A stretch of 64,000 nucleotides of DNA from Candidatus Methylomirabilia bacterium (GTDB lineage: Bacteria; Methylomirabilota; Methylomirabilia; Rokubacteriales; CSP1-6): NCBI GenBank assembly GCA_041478145.1, contig JBGOVO010000001.1:5702-69701 (forward strand), given 5' to 3'. The position numbers and the translations under genes were made by a program. The notes under the pieces were generated by a model, which worked only from the letters and a program-made list of their open reading frames with translations, was not told where the DNA came from and did not search any database. Of the stretch, positions 50,645-58,324 are shown piece after piece. The number at the start of each line of letters is the position of its first letter. Position 1 is the stretch's first letter.

Positions 50645-50693
50645 GATGGCCACCCCCTCTTCGCCCGGCAGGTGAAAGTTCCGATGCCGTCGG

Positions 50694-52010
50694 TCATTTC
50701 GCGAGCTCCTTGAGTAGGCCGTTGGCCTCGAGCAGATCGGCCGCTCGGCGGATCGCCCCCAGCTCGCGGTCCGAGCGCCGCGAGATGTCCAGCAGGGAGT
50801 GCTCCCCGTCGGACAGGTTGAGCACCCAGAGCAGGGCCAGCTCGTCCACCCCGTCCTGCGCGTAACCGCCCATCGACCGGTACAGGCCGCGCTTGCCGAG
50901 CTGCGGCTCACCCTTCGGGTTCTGGTTCAGGTAGCGCTGGTTGCCTTCGAGAGCGTCCAGGATCGCCAGGACCGTCTCGAGCGACTCCGCGAGCGACGCC
51001 GCCGAGACCAGGCCCGGGTTGTCGGCCGAGGTGTGGTACTCGGGGAAGCGTCCGTGCGGCGTGCGCATGAAGCAGCCGACCGGCAGGTTGAAGCCGGGCG
51101 AGCAGAACTGCCGCTCGTCGTACCCGTAGGGCGTGAACTCCTCAATCCGATGCGCGACACCCCGCTCCTGGAGCACGTGGGCGACCACGCGGTCCACCTC
51201 CGCGTCCCCGCGGCGACTCTTCTTGTAGGTGAAGGCCCCGCGGTCCCCCACGCACGCGAGCACGAGGCCGTGCTTGATCCGGTCCACCGTGGCCTCGTTG
51301 AGGGCCAGCCACGTGATAGAGCCGATGGTCCCTGGGATGAAGAGGAAGCGGTACGAGTACCGGAGCGCGCACTCGCGCAGCCGGCTGGCCAGCATCATCG
51401 CGAGCACGACACCCGAGAGGTTGTCGTTGGCGAGGGACGGATGGCAGACGTGGCAGGAGATCAGGACCTCATCCGACGTCGCTCCCGGCAGGTAGCACTC
51501 CCCGTAGGTGAGGGCGCCCGGCTCCAGGGTGGAGTCGATGCAGACCTCGTACTGGTCCTCGGGGAGGGTGGTCATCTGGCGGTGGCTGAGGCAGAACCCC
51601 CAGGTCTCGCGGTAGTACGACGTCCGGTACGGCACCCAGTCCGGCGCGGCCGGGAGGGTGTGCAGGTGGGGCACCAGCTCCTGCAGCGACATCCGCGCCC
51701 GGACAGGCGAGCTGTAGTTGACCACGTGAAGGTTCGAGCGACGGAAGTCGACCACCCGCTCTCCGCTCGAGCTGGCGATGTAGGCCTCCCGGATGTTCCA
51801 CTCCTTCGGCACTGCCCAGTCGAGCACCTGCGTTCCCGAAGGCACCTCGCGCAGCGCCAGCGGCGCGCGCTCGGCGACGTAGCGGAGCGTCTGCCGGAGC
51901 CCGTTGCCGGTGATGCTCCGGCACAGCGGGTAGAGGTCTTCCACGGCGCGGTACATGGCCGCGCCGGCCGCGCCCCGGTCGAGCCCCGCCCGCACGTCTG
52001 CGATCCGCAT
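50694..52010 (-). CDS. DUF4910/DUF2172-type aminopeptidase-like protein with C-terminal winged-helix region (polysaccharide-locus associated, function unknown)
   Basis: LYPLCRSITGNG N-terminal motif, an M28-like central fold, and a C-terminal wHTH-like tail. The start at MRIADV (ATG 52010) has a GAGG RBS and lies 10 nt after the RfbC-like stop. Confidence 0.55.
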   Translation of the reverse strand: MRIADVRAGLDRGAAGAAMYRAVEDLYPLCRSITGNGLRQTLRYVAERAPLALREVPSGTQVLDWAVPKEWNIREAYIASSSGERVVDFRRSNLHVVNYSSPVRARMSLQELVPHLHTLPAAPDWVPYRTSYYRETWGFCLSHRQMTTLPEDQYEVCIDSTLEPGALTYGECYLPGATSDEVLISCHVCHPSLANDNLSGVVLAMMLASRLRECALRYSYRFLFIPGTIGSITWLALNEATVDRIKHGLVLACVGDRGAFTYKKSRRGDAEVDRVVAHVLQERGVAHRIEEFTPYGYDERQFCSPGFNLPVGCFMRTPHGRFPEYHTSADNPGLVSAASLAESLETVLAILDALEGNQRYLNQNPKGEPQLGKRGLYRSMGGYAQDGVDELALLWVLNLSDGEHSLLDISRRSDRELGAIRRAADLLEANGLLKELAK

Positions 52011-52020
52011 GCCCGTCGCC

Positions 52021-52551
52021 TCAGGCCGGGAAGTCCGGATAGCTCCGGTCATGGTCGGAGATGGTCCGCTCGGCATCCGGCCACCGGATGCCGAAGACCG
52101 GATCGTCCCACCTCACCCCACGGGCGTGATCCGGCGCGTAGAACTCGGACATCTGATAGAAAACCTCGGTCTCGTCCTCGAGCGTCTGGAAACCGTGCGC
52201 GACGCCCTCAGGCACGTAGAGCATGCGGCGGCTGTCCGCGTCGAGCACCACCGCCTCGTGACGCCGGAAGGCCGGCGAGTCGGGGCGGAGGTCGATGATC
52301 ACGTCATGAATCGCTCCGCGCGTGCACCGGATGAGCTTGGCCTCCCGGTGTGGCACCGCCTGGTAGTGCATGCCGCGGAGGGTGCCCCGGCACTTGTTGA
52401 AGGACACGTTGCACTGCACGAGGCGGGGGTTGAGCCCCCGCTCCTGGAAGTCGCGCTCGCACCAGCTCCGCGCGAAGAAGCCCCGCGCGTCCTCGAGCCG
52501 CTCGAGGTCCACGATCCACGCGCCCGGGAGCGCGGTCTCGGTGAAGATCAC
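52021..52551 (-). CDS. NDP-4-keto-6-deoxyhexose 3,5-epimerase, cupin fold (RfbC-like)
   Basis: 176 aa covering only the C-terminal third of the 655-aa track ORF (the rest is off-frame junk). Motifs RGFFARSW, RGMHYQ and GVAHGFQTLED. GTG start overlaps the methyltransferase stop (GTGA). Confidence 0.8.
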   Translation of the reverse strand: MIFTETALPGAWIVDLERLEDARGFFARSWCERDFQERGLNPRLVQCNVSFNKCRGTLRGMHYQAVPHREAKLIRCTRGAIHDVIIDLRPDSPAFRRHEAVVLDADSRRMLYVPEGVAHGFQTLEDETEVFYQMSEFYAPDHARGVRWDDPVFGIRWPDAERTISDHDRSYPDFPA

Positions 52552-53786
52552 CGCACGACCTCGAGCCGCGGGATCGGGATCACGAACTGGCCGCCCCAGG
52601 TCCGGATCTCGACCATCTGCGCCATGATCTCGTCCTTGAGGTTCCAGGGCAGGATCAGGACGTAGTCCGGGCGCGTCTCCTTGATCTTCTCGGGATGGAA
52701 GATGGGGATGTGGGTGCCCGGCAGGAAGCGTCCGTGCTTGTAGGGGTTCCGGTCCACCGTGTAGTCGAGGAAGTCGGTCCGGATGCCGCAATAGTTGAGG
52801 AGCGTGTTGCCCTTGCCCGGCGCCCCGTACCCGACGATGGTCTTTCCTTCCCGCTTGGCCGCGATCAGGAACTCGAGGAGCCGGCGCTTGGTCTCCTGCA
52901 CCTGCTCGGTGAAGCGCGCGTACTTCTCGAGGCGGTCCAGGCTGGCCGCCCGCTCGCGGGCCAGGAGCTTCTCGACCCGGGGACCCCCCGGCCGCGACTC
53001 GTCCTCGGCGTGGCGCGCATAGATCCGCAGGGAGCCGCCGTGGGTCCAGAGCTCCTCGACGTCGAACAGGGTCAGGCCGTGCTTGGCGAAGATCCGCTCG
53101 ACGGTCAGGAAGGAGAAGTAGGAGAAATGCTCGTGGTAGATCGTGTCGAACTGGTTCTCGTCCATCAGGCGCAGGAGGTGGGGGAACTCCATGGTGATCA
53201 CGCCCTGCGGCTTCAGCAGCATCTTCATACCGGCCACGAAGCCGTTCAGGTCGGTGACCTGCGCCAGCACGTTGTTGCCGATGATCAGGTCGGCCCGGCC
53301 CCGCTCGGCCAGGAGCGCACCGGCCGTCTCCAGCCCGAACAGGCGGGTGGTGGTGGGCACGCCCTGCTTCACCGCCGCCGCCGCCACATTCGCGGCGGGC
53401 TCCACCCCGAGCACCGGGATGCTCTTCGCCACGAAGTTCCGCAGCAGGTAGCCGTCGTTGCTGCCCAGCTCCACCACGTAGCTGCCGGATCCGAGCTGGA
53501 GCCGGGAGGTGATCATATCCACGTAGGACTTTGCGTGCTCGAGCCACGCCGTCGAGAAGGAAGAGAAATATGCGTACTCGCTGAAGATCCGCTCCGGTCC
53601 GACGTACTCTTCCACCTGGACCAGGAAGCACCGCCCGCAGACATAGGCGTGCAGTGGGTAGAACGGCTCCATCTGGTTCACCTGCTCGCGGGTGAGGAAG
53701 CTTTCGCACAGCGGCGACATCCCCAGGTCCACGAAGGTGTGGTGGAGGCTCGCGCCGCAGAACCGGCATCCGGCCATGGTGGTCAT
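52548..53786 (-). CDS. SAM-dependent sugar C-methyltransferase with N-terminal zinc ribbon (TylCIII/NovU-like)
   Basis: Zinc ribbon CRFCGASL...CGRC, a class I methyltransferase core (VVELGSNDGYLL), and the C-terminal domain typical of NDP-hexose C-methyltransferases. Confidence 0.75.
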   Translation of the reverse strand: MTTMAGCRFCGASLHHTFVDLGMSPLCESFLTREQVNQMEPFYPLHAYVCGRCFLVQVEEYVGPERIFSEYAYFSSFSTAWLEHAKSYVDMITSRLQLGSGSYVVELGSNDGYLLRNFVAKSIPVLGVEPAANVAAAAVKQGVPTTTRLFGLETAGALLAERGRADLIIGNNVLAQVTDLNGFVAGMKMLLKPQGVITMEFPHLLRLMDENQFDTIYHEHFSYFSFLTVERIFAKHGLTLFDVEELWTHGGSLRIYARHAEDESRPGGPRVEKLLARERAASLDRLEKYARFTEQVQETKRRLLEFLIAAKREGKTIVGYGAPGKGNTLLNYCGIRTDFLDYTVDRNPYKHGRFLPGTHIPIFHPEKIKETRPDYVLILPWNLKDEIMAQMVEIRTWGGQFVIPIPRLEVVR

Positions 53787-53825
53787 CGCTCCTCTGACGG
53801 GTATGGGTGCGTGGGCGCGCTCGCG

Positions 53826-54857
53826 CTAGACGCGAACCCACCTCAGGTCGCGGTCCAGCCGTCCCTGGTCGAGCAGGTGCTTGATCTGGGTGAGGCGGAT
53901 GAATCGGCGCCCCTGGAACTCGGCCAGCGTCACGTCCGCGTCCTGGAGCGCGTCGTAGAGGTCCTTGGCGCCGAACGAGGCGTTCCACTGTGGCCGGAAA
54001 TCGGGGAGCGTCCGCGTCAGCTTCGAGAAGTCCACGCGGTAGCTGCGGGGGTCCGGGCCGGCACCTTCCGCGTACTCCACCGTGCAGCCCGCGACGGTGG
54101 CCCGCACGATCTCGGCCAGCTCGCGCACCTGATAGTTCTCGCCGTTCGCGCCCACGTTGAAGGCCTGGTTGTGGATGGCTTCGCGCGGCGCGGCCAGCGC
54201 GGCTGCGAACGCGCGCGAGATGTCCTGGACGTGCACGATGGGACGCCAGGGCGTTCCGTCACTCATGATGCGGATGCGGCCCGTCGTGTGTGCCCAGCAC
54301 ACGAGGTTGTTGAGTACGACGTCGGCCCGGAGCCGCGGGGATACGCCGTAGGCCGTGGCGTTCCGCATGAACACCGGGCTGAAGGAGCTGTCGGCGAGCT
54401 TGGCGACGTCTTCCTCGGTTCGCACCTTGGAGACCGCGTAGGCGGTGAGCGGTCGCAGCGGAGCGTCCTCGGTGAGCAGGTCGTCGGCGCCCGCCGCGCC
54501 GTACATGCTGCACGACGAGGCGTACAGGTAGCGCTTCACTCCCGCCTCGCGGGCGAGCCGGGCCAGGTCCACCGACGCCCGGTGGTTGATGTCGTGCGTC
54601 CACTCTGGATGCAGGTCCCCGAGAGGGTCGTTGCAGAGCGCGGCCAAGTGGGCCACGGCATCGAAGCCCTCCAGGTCGGACGATCGGATGTCCCGGATAT
54701 CCTTGCGGAGCACGGCGATGCGCTCGCTGCCATCCCTGAGGGTGCAGTCCTCGAAGAAGAACGTATCCAGCCCAACCACGTCGTGACCGGCCGCCTGCAG
54801 CACGGGAAGCATGACCGACCCGATGTAGCCGTTGTGCCCAGTCAGAAGAACGCGCAT
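53826..54857 (-). CDS. NAD-dependent epimerase/dehydratase (SDR; candidate CDP-hexose 4,6-dehydratase or 4-ketoreductase)
   Basis: MRVLLTGHNGYIGSVMLPVL Rossmann motif and a YAVSK catalytic dyad. First gene of the minus-strand operon. Confidence 0.8.
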   Translation of the reverse strand: MRVLLTGHNGYIGSVMLPVLQAAGHDVVGLDTFFFEDCTLRDGSERIAVLRKDIRDIRSSDLEGFDAVAHLAALCNDPLGDLHPEWTHDINHRASVDLARLAREAGVKRYLYASSCSMYGAAGADDLLTEDAPLRPLTAYAVSKVRTEEDVAKLADSSFSPVFMRNATAYGVSPRLRADVVLNNLVCWAHTTGRIRIMSDGTPWRPIVHVQDISRAFAAALAAPREAIHNQAFNVGANGENYQVRELAEIVRATVAGCTVEYAEGAGPDPRSYRVDFSKLTRTLPDFRPQWNASFGAKDLYDALQDADVTLAEFQGRRFIRLTQIKHLLDQGRLDRDLRWVRV

Positions 54858-54927
54858 TCCTGCTCCTCTCTCCTCTTAAAGGTCAGGGTGAGAACATCCG
54901 ACCCTGCCAAGTCGGGACGTGATGAGA

Positions 54928-54942
54928 GCAAACAAAGTGCCA
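54928..54942 (-). promoter_or_regulatory. sigma-54 (-24/-12) promoter for the minus-strand decoration operon
   Basis: The plus strand reads GCAAACAAAGTGCCA, so the minus strand reads TGGCAC-TTTGT-TTGCT, a perfect GG-N10-GC consensus. It lies about 70 nt upstream of the first operon gene, whose start is at 54857. Confidence 0.55.
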
Positions 54943-55158
54943 CCGAGGGGGGACTCTTTATTTCTAACCCATTGATTTATTTGGGGATAGAAGGCAATGA
55001 GATAGAGAAGTCGATTCGCTTCATTGGGAAACCGGATTCACTCCGATGTCGAAAGTGCGTGTGGATGCCGCGAGGACGGCCGAAACCTAGAAGAACACGC
55101 TTTGAATCAATTGGTTACGCCACACACTACCTACGCAAAACTTGCGCGACGGATCGAG

Positions 55159-56397
55159 TCATGGTTGGGGACTCAACTGAATCGGGCCGCTGGGTCGCTC
55201 GACCGCTCCGAGCGTCGGCGGGTTCCCGCGCTTCGAGCCGAAGAAGTCATCCGCGACCACGTCCTCACCGCGCACCCCCCCCAGCCCCTGCAGCAGGGAG
55301 CCCGGAGCCGGTGAGAAATCGAGGGCGTCGGGGTTCACAAAGCACGCTGCCCAGGTGCAGTCGACGTTGCCGCCCAGCCGCACGCCTACCCGAGGCCTGG
55401 GCAGGGCCGGGGTGCCGGACCGCACGTGCGCGGCGTTGTTGAGGATGCGCGCCAGCAGCAGTCCGGACTCGGGCGCGGTGATCCCACCCTGCCCGTTGTT
55501 GTAGACCGTGTTGTGGATCAGCGTGATGGCCCGGAGGAGTCCCCGCTGCTGATAGTTCTCCAGACCGATCCCTGCTTCCGCATTCCACCCGGAGATGTTG
55601 TTCCGGACGACGGCTGGGCCTCCCCCCACGACGATGCCCGACGAGGTGCGCGAGCCTCGCACGAAGTTGCGCTCGATCACGCTAACGAGCGTGATGTCGC
55701 GCGACCCGAAGACCATGATACCCGGGCCCTTCGTGCCCACGATGCGGTTGTCGCGAATCACCCCCGCCGAGTTCAGCTTCACCTCGAGCCCGTAGCCCAC
55801 CTCCTCGGGCACCGCCGTCACGCCGTGGATGTAGTTGCCCTCCACGAGCAGTCCGCTGACGGCGCACGCGGTACCATTGTGGCAGCCGAAGTACATGCCG
55901 GTAGAGCCGGAATCCACGATCACGTTGCCGCGAACCGTGAGGCCCTGCACACTCGCGTGGGTCGAGGCGATCGCGATCCCTCCCAGCTCGGAGAAACGGC
56001 AGTCTTCCACGGTGATGCGGTTGCCCGACATGATCCGCACTCCATCCGCTTCTCCGCGGGCCGCCCAGAAGTCGAGGCCCCGGATCGTGATATCGCTGGC
56101 GCGGATCTCGAGAAGATTGACCGGCTGGCCCGGATACACGAGTCGTGCCCGGTGGTCGGGATCCACCGACCGGATGACGAGCGGGCGTCCCGACTCTCCT
56201 CCGCGCCGCAGCTTGCAGCCTCCTCGATAGTCGCCCGGCCGGAGGACGAGCTCCTCGCCTGGCGGCAGCGCCCGGATGGCGGCACACAGATCCGACTCCG
56301 GACCGATCTCGAGCGCCCGCGCCGCGGCGGGGACGAGGCCGCCGGCCAGCAGGGCTGCCAAAGCGATGCCGGCGCCATCCATCAGTCGTGTCAACAC
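55159..56397 (-). CDS. secreted right-handed parallel beta-helix repeat protein (pectate-lyase fold; candidate polysaccharide lyase/depolymerase or C5-epimerase-like)
   Basis: Signal peptide MLTRLMDGAGIALAALLAGGLVPAAARA. Repeated beta-helix rungs (ITIRGLDFWA, ITVEDCRFSE, VQGLTVRGNVIVDS, LLVEGNYIHG, IRDNRIVG, VVRNNISG). Confidence 0.65.
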   Translation of the reverse strand: MLTRLMDGAGIALAALLAGGLVPAAARALEIGPESDLCAAIRALPPGEELVLRPGDYRGGCKLRRGGESGRPLVIRSVDPDHRARLVYPGQPVNLLEIRASDITIRGLDFWAARGEADGVRIMSGNRITVEDCRFSELGGIAIASTHASVQGLTVRGNVIVDSGSTGMYFGCHNGTACAVSGLLVEGNYIHGVTAVPEEVGYGLEVKLNSAGVIRDNRIVGTKGPGIMVFGSRDITLVSVIERNFVRGSRTSSGIVVGGGPAVVRNNISGWNAEAGIGLENYQQRGLLRAITLIHNTVYNNGQGGITAPESGLLLARILNNAAHVRSGTPALPRPRVGVRLGGNVDCTWAACFVNPDALDFSPAPGSLLQGLGGVRGEDVVADDFFGSKRGNPPTLGAVERPSGPIQLSPQP

Positions 56398-56490
56398 AGC
56401 ACCTCCTATGCGCTTGTCCGCTCCTGATCGTATACGCTAGACTCCCGTCGACGCCAATGTATAAGCCGAACACGCCTTGCCGGCTCCGCC

Positions 56491-56940
56491 ATGTCTGATG
56501 AGGCCGGCCCGACGCCCCGAATCTTCCCGGACATGGAGATGCGCCATCTCCTGGCCCGGGAGGTGCAGCGCTGCACGCGCTACCAAGCGTTCCTCTCGGT
56601 CTGTCTGATCCGCGCCGCCTATTCGGGCGCGCCGCGAGCCGACATGGAGAGCGCGATCGCCCGGCGCATCGCCGACATGCTGCGCTCCACCGATATCGTC
56701 GGCGTCATCGGGCAGGATATCGCGGTGGTCCTCGTGCACACGCCGGACACGGACGCGGCCACGATCGCCGACCGCATGCGTGATCGGGTCCAGAGCGACT
56801 CCTCCGGCGCGCCGCCGTCGGAAGGCCGCGTGGACCTCAGCATCGGCGTCGCCTCGTTTCCCACCGACGCCACGAGCGACCCCGGCCTTCTCGCGCACGC
56901 TCAGGCCCAGCTCCAGGCCGCGCGGCGCGCAGCCGGTTGA
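56491..56940 (+). CDS. stand-alone degenerate GGDEF-like domain protein (GQDIA in place of GGDEF, RxxD I-site retained)
   Basis: Aligns to the GGDEF core: RSTD-IVGVI-GQDIAVVLVHTPDTD corresponds to RxxD-5aa-GGEEFvvllPdtd, and the C-terminal VDLSIGVASFP corresponds to the ITvSiGVA element. The N-terminal substrate-binding part of the domain is missing. Confidence 0.5.
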   Translation: MSDEAGPTPRIFPDMEMRHLLAREVQRCTRYQAFLSVCLIRAAYSGAPRADMESAIARRIADMLRSTDIVGVIGQDIAVVLVHTPDTDAATIADRMRDRVQSDSSGAPPSEGRVDLSIGVASFPTDATSDPGLLAHAQAQLQAARRAAG

Positions 56941-56990
56941 GATGAGGCCAGAAGTCGGCTAACATCCCCCCAGCCCGGAGGAGGTAGGGC

Positions 56991-57650
56991 ATGGCTCTCT
57001 ACGTGGTCGAGCGCGATCTGAGCAATATCCCCCCGGAGCAATTGCGTCTCGACCAGCGCGATGTCGCCTCCGTGTGCATCCAGCTCAAGGCGCGGGGCAA
57101 GCGCATCCGCTATATCAGCAGCGCGGTGGTGCCGTCCGACGGACGCGCGCTCGATCTGTTCGGGGCGGAAAATGCCGAGCTGATCAAAGAGGCCCACGCC
57201 TCCGCCGGCGTCCACTACTCGCGCATCGTGGAGATTCTCGACCTCACGCCGAGCTTCGTCCACCGGGATACGTCGCGATCGAGGCGCTCACTGCAGCGAT
57301 CCGTCGGTGCCTCCGCCGATGCGGGCGCCGTGAAAGGGACCGGGCACACCATGACTGCAAACTCGGCGCCCGAGCTGGCACGATGGCTCGCCGACGGCCA
57401 GCGGCTCTTCGGCGTGTGCCTGGAAGCGCTCGAGAACCTGGAGCGCTTGCAGAGCCGGAGTCACACGCTGGAGAGGGAGAACGAGATGCTCCGGGAGGAG
57501 GTCGCGCGCCTGCGCCAGAAGGTCGATGTGCTGCAGGCAGACCGGTCCGAGATGGTGGCCGCGTTCAATGATCTCGCCGGCCACGTCACGCAGGTCGTGG
57601 ACCACATCCTGCAAAAGTCCGAGGACGGAGAAAACTCGAACCCGAAGTGA
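56991..57650 (+). CDS. DUF4242-like N-terminal domain protein with C-terminal coiled coil (hypothetical)
   Basis: MALYVVERDLSNIPPEQLRLDQRD...YISSAVVPSDGRALDLFGAENAELIKEAHASAGVHYSRIVEI resembles the DUF4242 (SCO4226-like) fold. C-terminus has heptad-like LERENEMLREEVARLRQKVDVLQ. A GGAGGAGG RBS lies upstream. Confidence 0.45.
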   Translation: MALYVVERDLSNIPPEQLRLDQRDVASVCIQLKARGKRIRYISSAVVPSDGRALDLFGAENAELIKEAHASAGVHYSRIVEILDLTPSFVHRDTSRSRRSLQRSVGASADAGAVKGTGHTMTANSAPELARWLADGQRLFGVCLEALENLERLQSRSHTLERENEMLREEVARLRQKVDVLQADRSEMVAAFNDLAGHVTQVVDHILQKSEDGENSNPK

Positions 57651-57668
57651 TCGCGAGGCAGCCGCGTC

Positions 57669-57685
57669 GGTGTAAAAGTTACACC
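57669..57685. promoter_or_regulatory. perfect 7-bp inverted repeat with 3-nt spacer (GGTGTAA-AAG-TTACACC); hairpin or operator candidate
   Basis: Lies 18 nt after the stop of the DUF4242-like gene. The extended arms pair over 8-9 bp (CGGTGTAA/TTACACCG). No U-tract follows. Confidence 0.3.
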
Positions 57686-58230
57686 GAACGTCGGTAAGTT
57701 CTTCGGGCGATCGACCCCGGAAAGATCAGCGCGGCGACGGGGGCCCGGTCCGTGACCGTTCATCCTGCCGCGCGTCAAAAACTCCGACACCATTTTCCGG
57801 GTCATGCTATGTGCAATTAAGATGTGCACACCGGGCGAGCAAGGACGCCGGCTCGCTTACGGGAGGGAGTCTCCTGGTTGCCGGGCAGCTTCGCAGAGGC
57901 GCTAACCATCCGGGAAGTCAGTCGAATTCGCCACTTCTTCTCCGCGGGCTGGAGTTGGCGCCGTACCGGAAGAAAAGTAGAAAGCTCGGTCACCGTGAAG
58001 CGCCTAGCACATTCCTTCGTAGTGCATGCAACAGTTGCGAGCGCTGAGCCTGCCCGGAAGTCATTGAATTCGGTGGCATTAATTCACGAGGAAACGCCAG
58101 CACGTCAGTCTTCATTAACAGTGGCGTCAGAAAGGAACTGGATTTCCCATTAAGTGAAGTTGATTGCCTCTCCACCGCGGCGTTCTGGTTCGGTAGATCA
58201 GGCACTTGCACACTTCAGTGATAAGTCCGG

Positions 58231-58245
58231 ATGGCACCTCCTTTG
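58231..58245 (+). promoter_or_regulatory. sigma-54 (-24/-12) promoter upstream of the enhancer-binding-protein operon
   Basis: TGGCAC-CTCCT-TTGCT is a perfect GG-N10-GC consensus, about 80 nt upstream of ATG 58325. Confidence 0.55.
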
Positions 58246-58324
58246 CTCTTCGTAACCACGCCAACGCGTATGGTCGGGATTTCACACGAGGGCTCATCTG
58301 AACCCCTGGACGAAAGATGACGCA

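Noticed and set aside
50645-50911. N-terminal extension of the rfbF track ORF.
   Set aside because: It overlaps the DUF4910 gene out of frame. The RfbF family starts at MKVVL, which matches GTG 50644 with a good RBS.
52552-53988. N-terminal 480 aa of the 655-aa minus-strand track ORF.
   Set aside because: Only the last 176 aa match the RfbC cupin family. The rest overlaps the C-methyltransferase gene in another frame and is low-complexity.
57669-57685. Hairpin after the DUF4242-like gene considered as an intrinsic terminator.
   Set aside because: No U-tract follows and the loop is only 3 nt. It is kept as an operator or structural-element candidate instead.
57811-58153. Small plus-strand ORFs (78 and 109 aa) and a 73-aa minus ORF inside the 674-bp intergenic region.
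   Set aside because: They overlap one another, have Arg-rich non-protein-like composition, and sit in an AT-richer regulatory gap with promoter elements. No RBS is apparent. They are treated as noncoding, although a small RNA cannot be excluded.
58196-58212. Second sigma-54-like string AGGCACTTGCACA.
   Set aside because: The spacing between the GG and GC elements is wrong (not N10), and the first element is not TGGCAC. The canonical site lies 35 bp downstream.
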